Source of the DNA: Chrysomallon squamiferum
Lineage: Eukaryota; Animalia; Mollusca
Length of the DNA: 64,000 nucleotides
NCBI GenBank assembly: GCA_012295275.1
Contig: CM022671.1
Span: 14,384,001 to 14,448,000 of the forward strand
Direction: 5' to 3'
The position numbers and the translations under genes were made by a program. Positions 30,313 through 42,770 of this stretch are shown piece after piece. The notes beneath the pieces are model-generated. The model did no database searches and was not told where the DNA came from. It saw only the letters and a list, made by a program, of their open reading frames with translations. Position 1 is the first letter of the stretch. The number at the start of each line of letters is the position of its first letter.

Positions 30313-31720
30313 TTAAGGACAAGCATCATATTCTTTTATGAACAAGTCTCTGTCAGTGCATCTTGCTTTTTCAAACAGACAACTAGAAGAAAAAAAAATA
30401 ATGATAAAATTAGCAATTCAAAAATAAACTTAACAAAATCAAACTATATTATAAAATACAGCTATCTTATCTTCTTTCGTGTGTACATTCATTACTAAAT
30501 ATTAATTTTACATATATTATGTGAAAAATTAACAGTAACCCCCAAAATTATGTTTCTAAAATATGGTAAATCCATGATTTAGTTTAATAATATGTAATTA
30601 CTTCTTTTAATGTGTACCAGCAGTACACAGAGAGTATAGAGAAATAGATGATGTTAAAAATATAAATATTACAAATATTATTCACCCAAGTGAGATAATT
30701 CTTGATAATTTGTGAATTTTATGAAATATGGTTAAAAAAATATTTTCTTACAAGTTGTTGTAAGTCGTTCCATCCGAACCACAGACCAGCTCCACGTCGG
30801 TGCCACAGTGACTGTGGTGAAGATTTCTGCAGAAAAACTCGTATGTGGCTTCACTGCCATGACTCGCCCCCTGGTTTCCTGTGAAACACGTGCCGTTGTT
30901 AATGACGTGAAGGTCGCGATCTTGACAGTGGGCCTTAGAGAACATGCATCTGAAAAGACGTGCATGTAAACGATTTTATTATTTGTTTATTTTAGACATC
31001 ACCATCTTCATCGTCATCGTCCTCGTCATTTTTATTATTTATTTACAAATTATAATGTACTTAATGTCAAACTGTATTACAAAATATAGTTGTCTCTCTT
31101 TTCTCTCTATTGTAGACTCATTACTGAATTTTATCTTTACATATATCATACACAAACAATGTAACAATAATTAAAAATGATGAACACTTCGAGATATATA
31201 TTAAAAACATGCATACACACACACACACTCTCACATACAACACACAGACACAACAGGCTGAAGAAAAGATAAAGTACTCACCGACTGTCATATGTAATGT
31301 AGTTGCTGCCACAGACTGGGTGGTTTGCAAACAGATTACAGTCTAACCGAGCAACATACTTGCAAATAATTGTCAAATCTATTTCTGGTAAACCGAGGCA
31401 TACTGTAATATAATCAAACTCAAGCAATAAATCTCAAGCAATAAACTTTGATTCTTATCATCAGTTAAGGCCTGAATTTCTATTTCAGAGTATGAAATTC
31501 CAGATGTTTTACGAACAGGTTACTGTACCATTTATTCAAATCATGCAAATTAATCCCCTGCTTTTGATAAACTGTAGAAAACTTTTTTTTTTTTAAATAA
31601 ACATTAATTTACTGTATAAATGTAACTCCGATAATTATTAATTATTGTAAACGTAAATGTTATTAGGCTGACTGTTGTTGTACCTGTCAGAAGGTAACAT
31701 GAGAAAATTATCTTCAACAT
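30313..31720 (-). CDS. Secreted two-domain Kazal-like protein A; exons 31720-31684, 31402-31282, 30949-30752, 30382-30313
   Basis: Signal peptide MLKIIFSCYLLTVCLG, then CKYVARLDCNLFANHPVCGSNYITYDSRCMFSKAHC...GTC and CRNLHHSHCGTDVELVCGSDGTTYNNFCLFEKARC...C (six Cys each, VCGSDG.TY motif). Confidence 0.88.
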
Positions 31721-32591
31721 CACGGTGATTAAAACAGTGTGGCACACGCTATTTTCATAATCACTATCGTCTTTTAATATTGGCTGAAACATTAACAGCT
31801 GTTTGAAAATATAAGAAATATCTGACGGTATCTAGAAAGATAAGGCAGGATGATAATATATCTAGGGTTAATGATTGGAGTCAAATGTGAAAACGTGTCA
31901 AACTGCACGCTGTTACAGAAGGGAGGGGTTTTCTTAGATAAAGCACTTCCCACTCAACATGTTCTTTTGCAAACAGAACTTTTAACATAAATAATTTCAC
32001 CCCACCTCTCTTCTTTCTCTCTCTGTGTTGTTTCTTTCTTACATGTAAATTCAAAAATAATGTAATTATATAAACAATTTACAAAACAAAGAATGACATT
32101 GAAAGATAGCATAAATTTATTTCAGATCAAACAAATATATTTGATTCAGTGACGGCAAGATGATGGAAGTTCCAGATTCTGAACACACCTATAAAAAAAC
32201 GGAAATGAAGAGAAATTAAAATATATATATATATATATAATTTTAAAAATATTTTAATTTTTTTTTTTTTTTTTTTTAATTTGACTGCTTCAGTTCTATG
32301 TAATATTAGCCAGCTTTTGATTTTCCATATATAAGTCTCTTATATATAGATCTTTATTAGATATGTATATTAGGTATGCATATATGTATGCCTGTGTATG
32401 TGTGTCTGTTTGCACCTGTGTATCATATCAGTTCAAATCACCATAATTATAGGTATATATCGTATCATGTCACATCAAATCACATGATAATTATATGTAT
32501 GTGCTGTTGGTCTGGTCTATCTAAAACACTGTACATTTGTAATGTTCTGATATAAAATGTTACTACTTACTACTGTGCTTACTGTGTTTCG

Positions 32592-33891
32592 TTACATGCA
32601 GGCGTTGTATTCTTTAACGAAAAGGTCTCTGTTGTTACATCGAGCTTTTTCAAAATAACAGCTGTCGAAGAAAAAATATTTACATTAACTTGAACAACAA
32701 GCTCTACAAATGATTAATGGTTAAATTGAAATATACGTTGATCCTAACTTAATTATTATTTATATGATTTAATTAGATCCAGCTTTACAAGAACTGTTTT
32801 TCATTAAATATTGTAAATACATGGTATCTGAAAAGTCAGTATCTTTTTTGAAAAATAATTCGAATCACGAAAGATCGATTTAAGAAATGAAAAATATATC
32901 TGTTTCAAAGTATATACTGCAAAGAATTAGTGTTATACAAGTATTTCTAAAAACAAATTTGCACTAAAACACAGCATAGCAATTCATTTGAAAAAACAAA
33001 AACAAAAAAACCCCCCCCCACAACAAAAACAAAACAACACCAGTGAACAGTTTACTTAAATGTTTTGTTTATTTACTTATTTATTTACTTACAAGTTGTT
33101 ATAGGTTATTCCGTCAGATCCACATACCATCTCTATGTCGGTGCCGCAGTGTGTGTGGAGGAGATTTTTACAGAAGAACTCGTAGGTCGCCGAACTACCG
33201 TGACTGCCGTGTCCACCAGCTGCTTCACAAGATGTGTTGTACTTCAGATGTAAACTTCTGTCTTGACAGTGTGCTTTAGAAAACATGCAGCTGTACGAAT
33301 AATAATAATAACAATAACAACAACAACAACAGCTGCAGAATAATAACAATAACTAAAATAACAATAGTGAGAATTACAAAAAAACCCAACAACAACGACA
33401 TCAGCAATAATAATAACAATTACTACTACAATAATAATAAGAAGAGAACAAAAAACCCAACAACCCCCAAAAAAACCCACCCCAGTCAGAACAACAGCGA
33501 CAACAACGATGATGATAATAAGAAAACGAACAATAATAACAACAGAGACGATGATTATAAAAACAACAACAAAAGCGACGATTATGACAACAACAACAAC
33601 AATAATAATATGCCGTCATTCATTAATCTAATGGCGATAATGTTAAAAATGTTTAGCTATTTTGTGATTCATTTGTTTATGGTAAGTACTGTGTGGTGTA
33701 CTTACTGACTGTTGTAAGTTACGTTGTTGCTGCCGCACACTGGATGGTTTGCAAACAGGTTGCAGTCAAGAATGGAAACGTATTTGCATACAAGTGTCAA
33801 ATCTACTGCTGACTGTCCGAGACATACTAAATAATAAATAAATAAATAATCAAATAAAAATAATATATACATATATGTGCGTGTTATGCAG

Positions 33892-33982
<91 letters not shown>

Positions 33983-34142
33983 CACACACTCACACCCACC
34001 CACCCACCCACACATACACGTACAATCACACACACAAAATCAGAAAAAAAGAAAATTTAAAAAAATGATGCTAAAGACATCAACAAAGGTACATTGTACA
34101 TTTACCTGCAACAAGACATGCACAGACGACGAACTTCCACAT
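32592..34142 (-). CDS. Secreted two-domain Kazal-like protein B; exons 34142-34106, 33826-33706, 33290-33093, 32661-32592
   Basis: Paralogue of A with identical exon sizes and phases; MWKFVVCACLVAVCLG signal peptide; HPVCGSNNVTY and MVCGSDGITYNN. Confidence 0.88.
33895..33980. repeat. (CT)n microsatellite in Kazal B intron 1
   Basis: Direct reading. Confidence 0.95.
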
Positions 34143-34631
34143 TTTAACACTATAAATGATGACCAAATCCGAGGTAGTATTTGAGGAATGACAAAAATAA
34201 TGTGTACTGTGATCTTTATGCCATGAACAAAAGCTGATAACTTTGAAAAATAAGACTTTATATAGATAAGGAGAGGCTTAATTGCAGCTGTCTTTTTATG
34301 ACCATTCCCCAACTTCGCGTGTTCAGAATATGATATGGGTCTATGTCCAAATAAATACATTTGCGAATTTTTAATACCGACTGCGGCTGTCATTTGAATT
34401 AAGTAATTAAATTATGTTTTTTAAACTGAATCAAAACTTGTGATGATAATGGTGATGATGATGATGATGATGACAAGAACAACAACACTAACAGTTATGA
34501 TGATAATGATAATTTGTTGTTATAACAACATATCAACACCCTTTCATAAATATATATATATATTAATGTACTGGCCAAGAATATATCTTTTAATATACAT
34601 ATAGATGTATGATGCATATTTTATACTTCAG

Positions 34632-34686
34632 TATCTCTTAGCCTGAATGACGTCGACGCCTCAACCTTCTGCAAATATGTCTCAAT
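34632..34686 (+). pseudogene. Truncated duplicate of Kazal C exon 2
   Basis: cag|TATCTCTTAGCCTGAATGACGTCGACGCCTCAACCTTCTGCAAATATGTCTCAAT closely matches 35651-35705, then breaks off. Confidence 0.8.
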
Positions 34687-34982
34687 AAAATAATTTAAAA
34701 TCAACTAAAATATCGATTTTTATTAATACGATAATAGTAAATATTTCAAACTAAATCCAGCAACTTCTTGAGCCTAGGAAGTTGATACAATTAATGCAAC
34801 ATTAAAGCTCGGTTTCCATCTTATCTATAATTATACAAAATAACGTAGTGTATTATTAGAAAGTAGATATTCTTCAGCAGGAAATCGACATCTGCTAGTT
34901 CCCTGTATGTCGTGGAAAACAACTTTTGAACACGATCGTTCGATAAAACACTTCATCTGCCTGTGACTGGAAAGTGCAGAAG

Positions 34983-35314
34983 ATGTGGAAGTTCACCGCA
35001 TTCTGCTTTTTTGTGACAGGTATATCTTTCTTTAATAATAATATAACAAAAACTATTTAGGTGTTATTGTTACTTACGTTCTTTTCAGTATTTTTGGAAC
35101 ATATAAGGTAAAAATAGATGTGCCTATGAAACTGAGACAGTGAGTTACTGAAATATATATATATATATTTTATTATTATTATTATTTTTTATTTTTTATT
35201 ATTTTTTTTTTTCGGTTGAGCAAACGTAAGTTACATTTACACAACTGTTGTATTCATATCGGATTGAAGAGTCTAACTTTTGGGATACCTTTTCATAAAA
35301 GCAGTTCATTTTTA

Positions 35315-35345
<31 letters not shown>

Positions 35346-35446
35346 ATTCTATTGTATTCTATCTATTCTATTCTATTTATTTTATTTTATTTTCTTATTT
35401 TTTTTAAAATACTTTTTTATATCCCAAAACCGCAACGTCACACACA

Positions 35447-35492
<46 letters not shown>

Positions 35493-36077
35493 AAAGAAAT
35501 AAACAACAAAGAACTTTGTCTGAAATGTATATTTTAATAAGCACATACATTTGTATGTATGTATGTACATGTGTGTGTGTGGATGTTTCTGTGTGTGTGT
35601 ATGTGTGTGCGTGTAAATATCTATAAAACATTTTTTTTTTACTTTTCCAGTATCTCTTAGCCTGAGTGATGTCGATGTTTCAACCATCTGCAAATATGTC
35701 TCAATTATAGACTGCAACCTCTTTGCCAACCACCCGGTTTGTGGCAGCAACAACATAACTTACGATAACCAGTGAGTTCTGAATTAAATTTTAAATCTTC
35801 GGTGTGGAAAATAATCATCCTTTTTGCACTGTAAATAATAATGCGAATTAATGAATGAATGATTAACAGAAACTAACAAGCTATTGATTATTAAACGTAA
35901 ATATTGAAAATGAGAATATTATCATTTCTACACAGATGGATGACGAAAAAGGTGATGAACTCGATTTATTTACTCTTTATAATAAAATTATTTCATCTTC
36001 GAAATTATTTATCTTTTCAAGCCATTTAACATTAACCGTGAAACACAGTTTTAATGAAAAACATTATTATTTTTTTA

Positions 36078-36116
<39 letters not shown>

Positions 36117-36683
36117 TTCACAGCTGCTTGTTTTCCAAAGCGCATTGTCAAGACCACGATCTACACATAACATTCAATGGTACATGTGACAGTCAAAACC
36201 ATGGAGGCGAAGTAACTCATGGCGGAAGTGCAACCTATGAATTTTTCTGTAGAAACCTTGTCCACACACACTGTGGTACTGACATGCAATTAGTATGCGG
36301 GTCAGATGACGTCACTTACGATAATTTGTAAGTAATTTTTGTTAGAGTTTAGACATGATAATTAATAGGAACATTCATTTTTTATTTTTTATTTTTTTTA
36401 AATGATTTGAAAACCTGTATTACTTCGACTATCTTAATGTATGACAAACTTTTCTCACTTCTCATCATATTATTTATTATTCAAGATTTCTACTCTGTAC
36501 TGTTAATCATGTTAATTAACTTCCAACGTATAACATTCAGTTAAGCTATATTTCTATAAATGGAAATCAGTTCATATACAGACGTACTTTGATAGCCTTT
36601 CTCATTCTTTCAGCTGCTACTTTGAGAAAGCTCGTTGTCTTAACCGAGATCTGTTTATAAAAGAATACAGCGCCTGCATTTAA
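34983..36683 (+). CDS. Secreted two-domain Kazal-like protein C, head-to-head with B; exons 34983-35019, 35651-35771, 36124-36327, 36614-36683
   Basis: MWKFTAFCFFVTVSLS signal peptide; DCNLFANHPVCGSNNITYDN, HTHCGTDMQLVCGSDDVTYDN and CYFEKARCLNRDLFIKEYSAC. Confidence 0.88.
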
Positions 36684-36692
36684 AGGTAATAA

Positions 36693-36695
<3 letters not shown>

Positions 36696-36778
<83 letters not shown>
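36696..36778. repeat. (TA)n microsatellite
   Basis: Direct reading. Confidence 0.95.
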
Positions 36779-36780
<2 letters not shown>

Positions 36781-36857
36781 TTCTACACGATTTGATAGTT
36801 AAATTTTCTAAGAAACTTATTTATTTTTAGAAAAAAGTGTTCAACCGAAAACACACA

Positions 36858-36888
<31 letters not shown>

Positions 36889-37225
36889 AGAGAAAGAACC
36901 CAAACACTCTTTCAGATTTTCTTCATATTATAAATACACATTTAAATTTTATTAAACTTTCAGTCGGCTGTTTGTTATGAAGATATTACCAGATGGAAAT
37001 ATCGTGAAGTTTCTGTCAAATCTGTAATTTAATTTTGTTAATAAAGTCCTTTGTGAAATATTACATACAGATAACATTCGACGTATCAATGAATTGGAAT
37101 AAATTTAAACTGTGTTTAATTCATTTATGGAGAACACATTTATGATTTACAAGATGCCTTTCCAGATTCCTTCTAATAAATAATAATGTAAATGTCCTCA
37201 ACTCAGTTCATACGACAGACGCCTG

Positions 37226-37269
<44 letters not shown>

Positions 37270-39007
37270 TGAACTAAAAGCAGTTTAATATTTTAACGTT
37301 GTAGTGTTTTTATCTTCATCATCATCATCATCATGATAATCATTATCATTGTTATAAAAAAATATTTTAAATGGTATTATAAACGTGTGTGTTGGAGTGG
37401 GTTTGGAATCGTCCGTTTACTTAGAGAAAAATCGTAATCCCTGCATTTGTAGACACAATTCAATATAGTATTATAACTGATATTTTTACTGTAACAGTCT
37501 TTGGCAATATCCAAAACGCACATTTCGTATCCGAAAACACAGAAATTAGAATTATACACAGAGAAATTAAAATTTAACTGTCACATAATATATTTTGTTT
37601 TTATAACACGGACAACATGCTCGATCACTGTTAATAATTAACCCTGAGGCCCATGTTTTGTCCGATGCCTTATTAGCGGTTTTATCATCTCGTTCAAAAC
37701 GAGACTGGTTAAAGTCCGGTGGATCGGCTACTGGGCGATGCTGGAGTAATCAGGATGAGAAGATTGCAGCGGTCTGCGGAGCCCGAGCAGCTGCGGCTTC
37801 AATCAGTTCACACAAAATACTTGATAAGGAAACTTATTTATTTACACTGTGAACTCGGTCAGTCATTTATAAAAATATGTATATATATATATATAGATAA
37901 TGTTGATATTTGTATTTGTGTATGAATGAACATCTTAACCTTCAGAAGTTTTATCTACTGTGAAAATCCAACAAAAAGGACAAAAAAAAAAAAATAAATA
38001 AAAAATAAAAAATAAAAATAAAAATAAAAAAATAGTAATAATGAAAAAAAGGAAAATAAATAAATAAAAATATATATAAATACCAACAAAAAACTATATA
38101 TTGACATACAAGCGAAAAGATATAAAGATAAAGATAACAAGTTATTTTTAAATTCTATTTAATCTCTTCCAAAGGGTACCCTTTAGGCATCAAAATAATA
38201 AAAAAAAAAAAAAAAAAAAAATAGAAAAAACAAAAATAAAAAATAAAAATAGAAACCAAACAACAACAAACCTCCCAAAAAAAATCTTTGTTAGAGTAAC
38301 CAAACATAAATGTTATTATTTATTTAAAGTGTAAAATTATTTTTTTTCTAAAATCTTTGTTGGATTTCTCGTATTATTTCACATTAATATTATTACAGAC
38401 CTATGAATAAATTACATTAAATGTTCAACTATATTTAAAAAAGAAGCAAAACAGTTCTGTGCTGGAAATGACCTCATGAAAAAGGATGGTAATGGACTCT
38501 ACATATTTTTTTTTATAAATATTTGTCTCATTTCTCGCCGTAGACTTTTACTAAAAATAATTGTACAGTCATATGTAATAAATATACAAAGTATACACTG
38601 AAGGCGCGTATCTTCTCATAAACTATCTGAAAACGTCACATTACCAATAGTAGATTTCTTATCTCTTACAACTACAAGCGCTAACGATAAACATCCTTAA
38701 ATTACATTAATACTACCTTAACACTGAAAACATACCGGTGTTTGTTTGTTTTTTTAATTTTAAAGTGCACTGATAAAGAACCTGTTTGATATTCCCTAAC
38801 TTCAGCACGTTTACATAACCAGATTTATTTTATTGACATTGTCGACTCATGGTTAAAATAAATAGTTTCTTATCTAAATCATGCTGATTCTGAATACTTG
38901 GAGAAAAACAAAAAAAAAAAAAAAAAAAAAAAAATTCTCCAACGTTCGACCGAAACTGTACATGCTTGTCGGGAAATGTAAATATTTGATTCAAATTTTT
39001 ATAAACC

Positions 39008-39661
39008 ATGGCAGTGTTCAGACTGTGTATTTTGTCCTTGGTTCTGTACTGCACTTTTATGTGTAACAAAACAATCGGAAAACGTCGGAAATTATCATGG
39101 ATGAGCGATGCACCAGAACCGGAATGTAACAACGATCATTTTCAATCGTGTGTTAATTACGAAGGCAACATCACTGGCTGGATAAAATGGTTCAAAGAAA
39201 GAAAGTTATCCGTTCCTACTCTGCTTCTGGGTTTGCATGTGTTTCCTCTTCTGGCGCAAGGGAATTGTTCCCAGGATGCACAACGTTTCCTGTGCTCAAA
39301 ATATTTCCCCATGTGTTCAGAGGGAAAACCGCAAAGGAAAATCGGACCTTGTAAAAGTTTGTGTGATGACGTCAGAAGCAAATGCGAATCAAAAGTCAAC
39401 AAAGCAGGTTTCAAATGGCCCCAAATTCTCAGATGTGACGAATTAGCAATTTTCGAAACAAAAGATACGTGTATTGGAAAAGCAAATGATGACGACCGTG
39501 ACGCTGTTAACAGAATGAAACCAACCTCGGAGACGAGTCGCGAAGTTAACACTGGCAAACAAAGGAGGAAGTCGAAGAATCTGTCGCGTTTTCAACAACG
39601 CTTCAAATCAGCTCTCGGACAGATTGTTGCAGTCTTGTCAAGTCTTCGTGACGACTTATAA
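39008..39661 (+). CDS. Secreted Frizzled cysteine-rich-domain (CRD/FZ)-only protein, single coding exon
   Basis: Hydrophobic N-terminus; 10 Cys with FZ spacing, including CSQDAQRFLCSKYFPMC, PCKSLCDDVRSKC and GFKWPQILRCD. No TM or netrin domain. A branch point plus acceptor (CCCTAACTTCAG, ~38795-38806) suggests a 5'UTR intron. Confidence 0.85.
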   Translation: MAVFRLCILSLVLYCTFMCNKTIGKRRKLSWMSDAPEPECNNDHFQSCVNYEGNITGWIKWFKERKLSVPTLLLGLHVFPLLAQGNCSQDAQRFLCSKYFPMCSEGKPQRKIGPCKSLCDDVRSKCESKVNKAGFKWPQILRCDELAIFETKDTCIGKANDDDRDAVNRMKPTSETSREVNTGKQRRKSKNLSRFQQRFKSALGQIVAVLSSLRDDL

Positions 39662-40110
39662 CCAGTGTGTGTGAGGACATATAATATATATATATTCTAT
39701 ATATTAGCTTTTGGACGAAATAGGTGTAACGAAATCTTCACTTTTATAAAATGCTTTTTATTTCTCATTAATATGTTTAATTTAATTTAATTTAATTTTC
39801 ATAATTAATTAATTTATATTGACATTGTATAAAAGTAAACAATAGTTACTTCGTACTAATACCTTTTTTCGGTTATCTGTACTTTCAGATTGTACAATTG
39901 TCTGATAATGCATGAATCAAAATATTTATAAACTTAGTAAAAATATATAATAAAATGGCATGAAACTACTTTGTAGCTGCTTTATTTTCTCTTTACTCTC
40001 TTCTAAAAAAGATGTCCAGACAAATAAAAAAAAAAACTCCCAAAAAATAACAATCCAGCATCCCTCAAAAAAAACAAACAATTAAATTAAATAAAAAAAG
40101 TAAAAAGGGA

Positions 40111-40150
<40 letters not shown>

Positions 40151-40477
40151 ATAACAACAATAACAATAACAATACTAATAACATTAAAAAAAAAAAAAAA
40201 AAAAAAAATAATAATAAGAACCAGTTATATCTGTTAGCAATAATATAATTTTTATTTATTTATTTATTTATATAATATAATCATTTTTTTTTTTTTAAAT
40301 GTATTTAAATGTCAGAACTGCAAATGTTGACTAAATTACTTCAACTGAATAATGGATCGATTAAAAATAAGCAATAAGATAAGGAGATAAAAGTATAATT
40401 ACGATTTACAATTTTTTGAAGATTAAAAAAAAATGTATATACATATTTAAAAATGCACACATTATGACAATGTTTTG

Positions 40478-41605
40478 TTACAGAAATTTACATTTAAATC
40501 CACAATACATAGCTGCAGTAATGCATAACATAAAAATGGAAGATAGATGAACGGAGGTTGAAGCAGACGACACAATTTTTGGACAGTCAAATTTAATCAT
40601 GTGATCGATGTCTAAGGGATGTTTCATCCATTCCACCAACTGATGCATCGTCACGATGTACACGTCATCCAGACTCAGCAAAGAGTACAAAAACCTTTCC
40701 ATGGCCCGGTAGTGATAATCAGTATTTAGCCAAACCGCTTTCATATTTACAACAAATGGAAATTTTTTGTCTCGATAATAGTTATAAAAGTTATCCCAAA
40801 TTAACTGAAAAGCTTGGTTCTCGTTCTGCGGGAGGTTGATACACCCGTCGATGTAAATGCAAGGATACTGATGTTTGTAATCAAAGTACGAGACGGGAGG
40901 AACTTCCCACAGTGAATAGTTAGTATCGGGGCAGCGGTTTCGTTCACAGTGGTAAGTCCAGGCGTAATCCAGAGTACCTGGAGTCGAGAACGGATCGGTA
41001 GGTTTTCTTCTGATGACGTAAAGACTAGAATCGTATTCGAAACCTTCTTGCTGGAGAATTCTAAACTGATCATTTCCTACCGGAAGTAGATGTGGAGTTC
41101 TCCATCCACGGATTTCTGACATCGGTATGTTTGCATTTTTAGAGAGTTGTTTTCTGTTTTCCACAATTTCATATTCTATTTCTTTCGTCGTTGCATTTTT
41201 CCAGTAAATATACATCGGGTTCCCAGAATGGCTATATCCAGCAATTTCAAATCCACTTCGGTAAAGATCGTTTACCATCGTAAAATTCGTATAACGGCTT
41301 TGAACGAATAAAGTCGCACTTATTGGACATCCATTTGCATTAATTCGTTCTGCGCTGAAGAAATGTTTGTAATATCCAAAAACGTCAATGTTAACTCCGC
41401 CGCTGAAGGCAAAAACTACCATCTGTGGAGACTTAGAACGCGAAAACTGTCCAGGAGCTTTTGTATTGTTGAGACAAAAACATTCTGGGAGAAAGCATGT
41501 TTCACCTTGAATACACTGACTTTGAGATGTCATACTTCTTATATTATACATAATTAAAATGATTATCACTCTCCATATATTCATCATAGTTATTTTGAAC
41601 TGCAT
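40478..41605 (-). CDS. Chitin deacetylase-like (CE4/NodB) protein, single coding exon, catalytic motifs degenerate, hydrophobic C-terminal tail
   Basis: CFLPECFC, PQMVVFAF, NANGCPISATLFV, GFEIA, EIRGWRTPHL, FEYDSS, PGTLDY, LWEVP and DDVYIVTMHQLVEWMKHP are animal CDA hallmarks. The exact start Met is uncertain. Confidence 0.9.
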   Translation of the reverse strand: MQFKITMMNIWRVIIILIMYNIRSMTSQSQCIQGETCFLPECFCLNNTKAPGQFSRSKSPQMVVFAFSGGVNIDVFGYYKHFFSAERINANGCPISATLFVQSRYTNFTMVNDLYRSGFEIAGYSHSGNPMYIYWKNATTKEIEYEIVENRKQLSKNANIPMSEIRGWRTPHLLPVGNDQFRILQQEGFEYDSSLYVIRRKPTDPFSTPGTLDYAWTYHCERNRCPDTNYSLWEVPPVSYFDYKHQYPCIYIDGCINLPQNENQAFQLIWDNFYNYYRDKKFPFVVNMKAVWLNTDYHYRAMERFLYSLLSLDDVYIVTMHQLVEWMKHPLDIDHMIKFDCPKIVSSASTSVHLSSIFMLCITAAMYCGFKCKFL

Positions 41606-42088
41606 TTTTTGCCTTGACAAAAAAAACCAAACTTTAAAGGTGATTAGCTCTATCTTACAAAATACATAATTCGTAACATCTTAAAAACACTTACTAGTCC
41701 TCAGACTTCGGAACACAGACTAGTTATACTTGTTTTTATAAAACTCGGAAACGAAATGCTATGATTTAATTTGAGAAGAACACGTTACGCAATATATCAC
41801 TGTGCCTGAGGCATAAAGAAACGCACCCTGAAAAAAGATTTATACGATTAACAGCTATCAAACTGTTGTTGATGTCTGCAGGCAAGCTATTTTTGACGTC
41901 TTTGTTTGTCTTAATGTGAATAAAAGATAGGGAGCCCCGGGTTAGATCCGTGTCTTGTTTGATTTTAACTTGATTACAGCGCAGGGTTAAATGAGTTCGG
42001 AGCCTGTAGCATGTGTTATATAGTGGCGTAGAATTATTATTATTATTTTTTTTTTAGACATATATATATAGAGAGAGAGAGAGATAGA

Positions 42089-42123
<35 letters not shown>

Positions 42124-42264
42124 CTTATTTGAATAGTGTACTAAATTATTGTTATTACTATTATAATTATTTTAATTTGCTTTACATTGAAATAATAATA
42201 TAGCCCAGCTTTGCTCGATCTAGAAAACACAGCTCATATTACAACAACATTTAACATGTCATAT

Positions 42265-42375
42265 ATATGTATGCATGTATGTATGTATGTATGTATGTAT
42301 GTATGTATGTATGTATGTATGTATGTATGTATGAATGTATGTATGTATGTATGTATGTATGTATGTATGTATGTA
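42265..42375. repeat. (ATGT)n microsatellite
   Basis: Direct reading. Confidence 0.95.
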
Positions 42376-42614
42376 TATATATAATAAACCTCTAGGCGTT
42401 CAGTATTTTCAAATGCCTTAGCTTGCCTTTGTCGTTTGTTTGCTGTATGTCATCCCACCTTTTGATTTTATCTATAAGTAACCTGAACTGATGCTCGTTG
42501 CACCCACCACAGATAACACTTCTCTGTGTGCCCTACAGATGTGATTTTCCTAGGAGATCCGCAAGCCATCATCATTCGTTTGTCTTTTGTTTTATTTATC
42601 ACATAGCGTGTTGA

Positions 42615-42770
42615 TTACTGTGAACGAAACCGCTACCTGACACTAACTTTTCACTGTGGGAAGTTGCTCCTGTCTCGTATTTTGATTACAAACATCAGTA
42701 TCCTTTGCATTTATATCGACAAGTGTATCAAGCTCCCGCAGAACTAGAATCAAGCTTTTCAGTTAATTTG
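42615..42770 (+). pseudogene. Inverted, decayed duplicate of part of the CDA-like gene (source ~40797-40955)
   Basis: ACTGTGAACGAAACCGCT...CACTGTGGGAAGTTGCTCCTGTCTCGTATTTTGATTACAAACATCAGTATCC...CAAGCTTTTCAGTTAATTTG matches the CERNRC...LWEVPPVSYFDYKHQYP...QAFQLIW coding sequence, with indels and a GAG>TAG stop. Confidence 0.88.

Noticed and set aside
37620-37925. GC-richer patch with short ORFs 37658-37852 and 37719-37925
   Set aside because: No recognisable protein; more plausibly the promoter or 5'UTR exon of the CRD gene, but unsupported without transcripts.
39157-41557. Antisense or alternate-frame ORFs 39157-39558, 39237-39446, 40801-41073 and 41363-41557
   Set aside because: Shadows of the real CRD and CDA coding sequences with no independent motifs.
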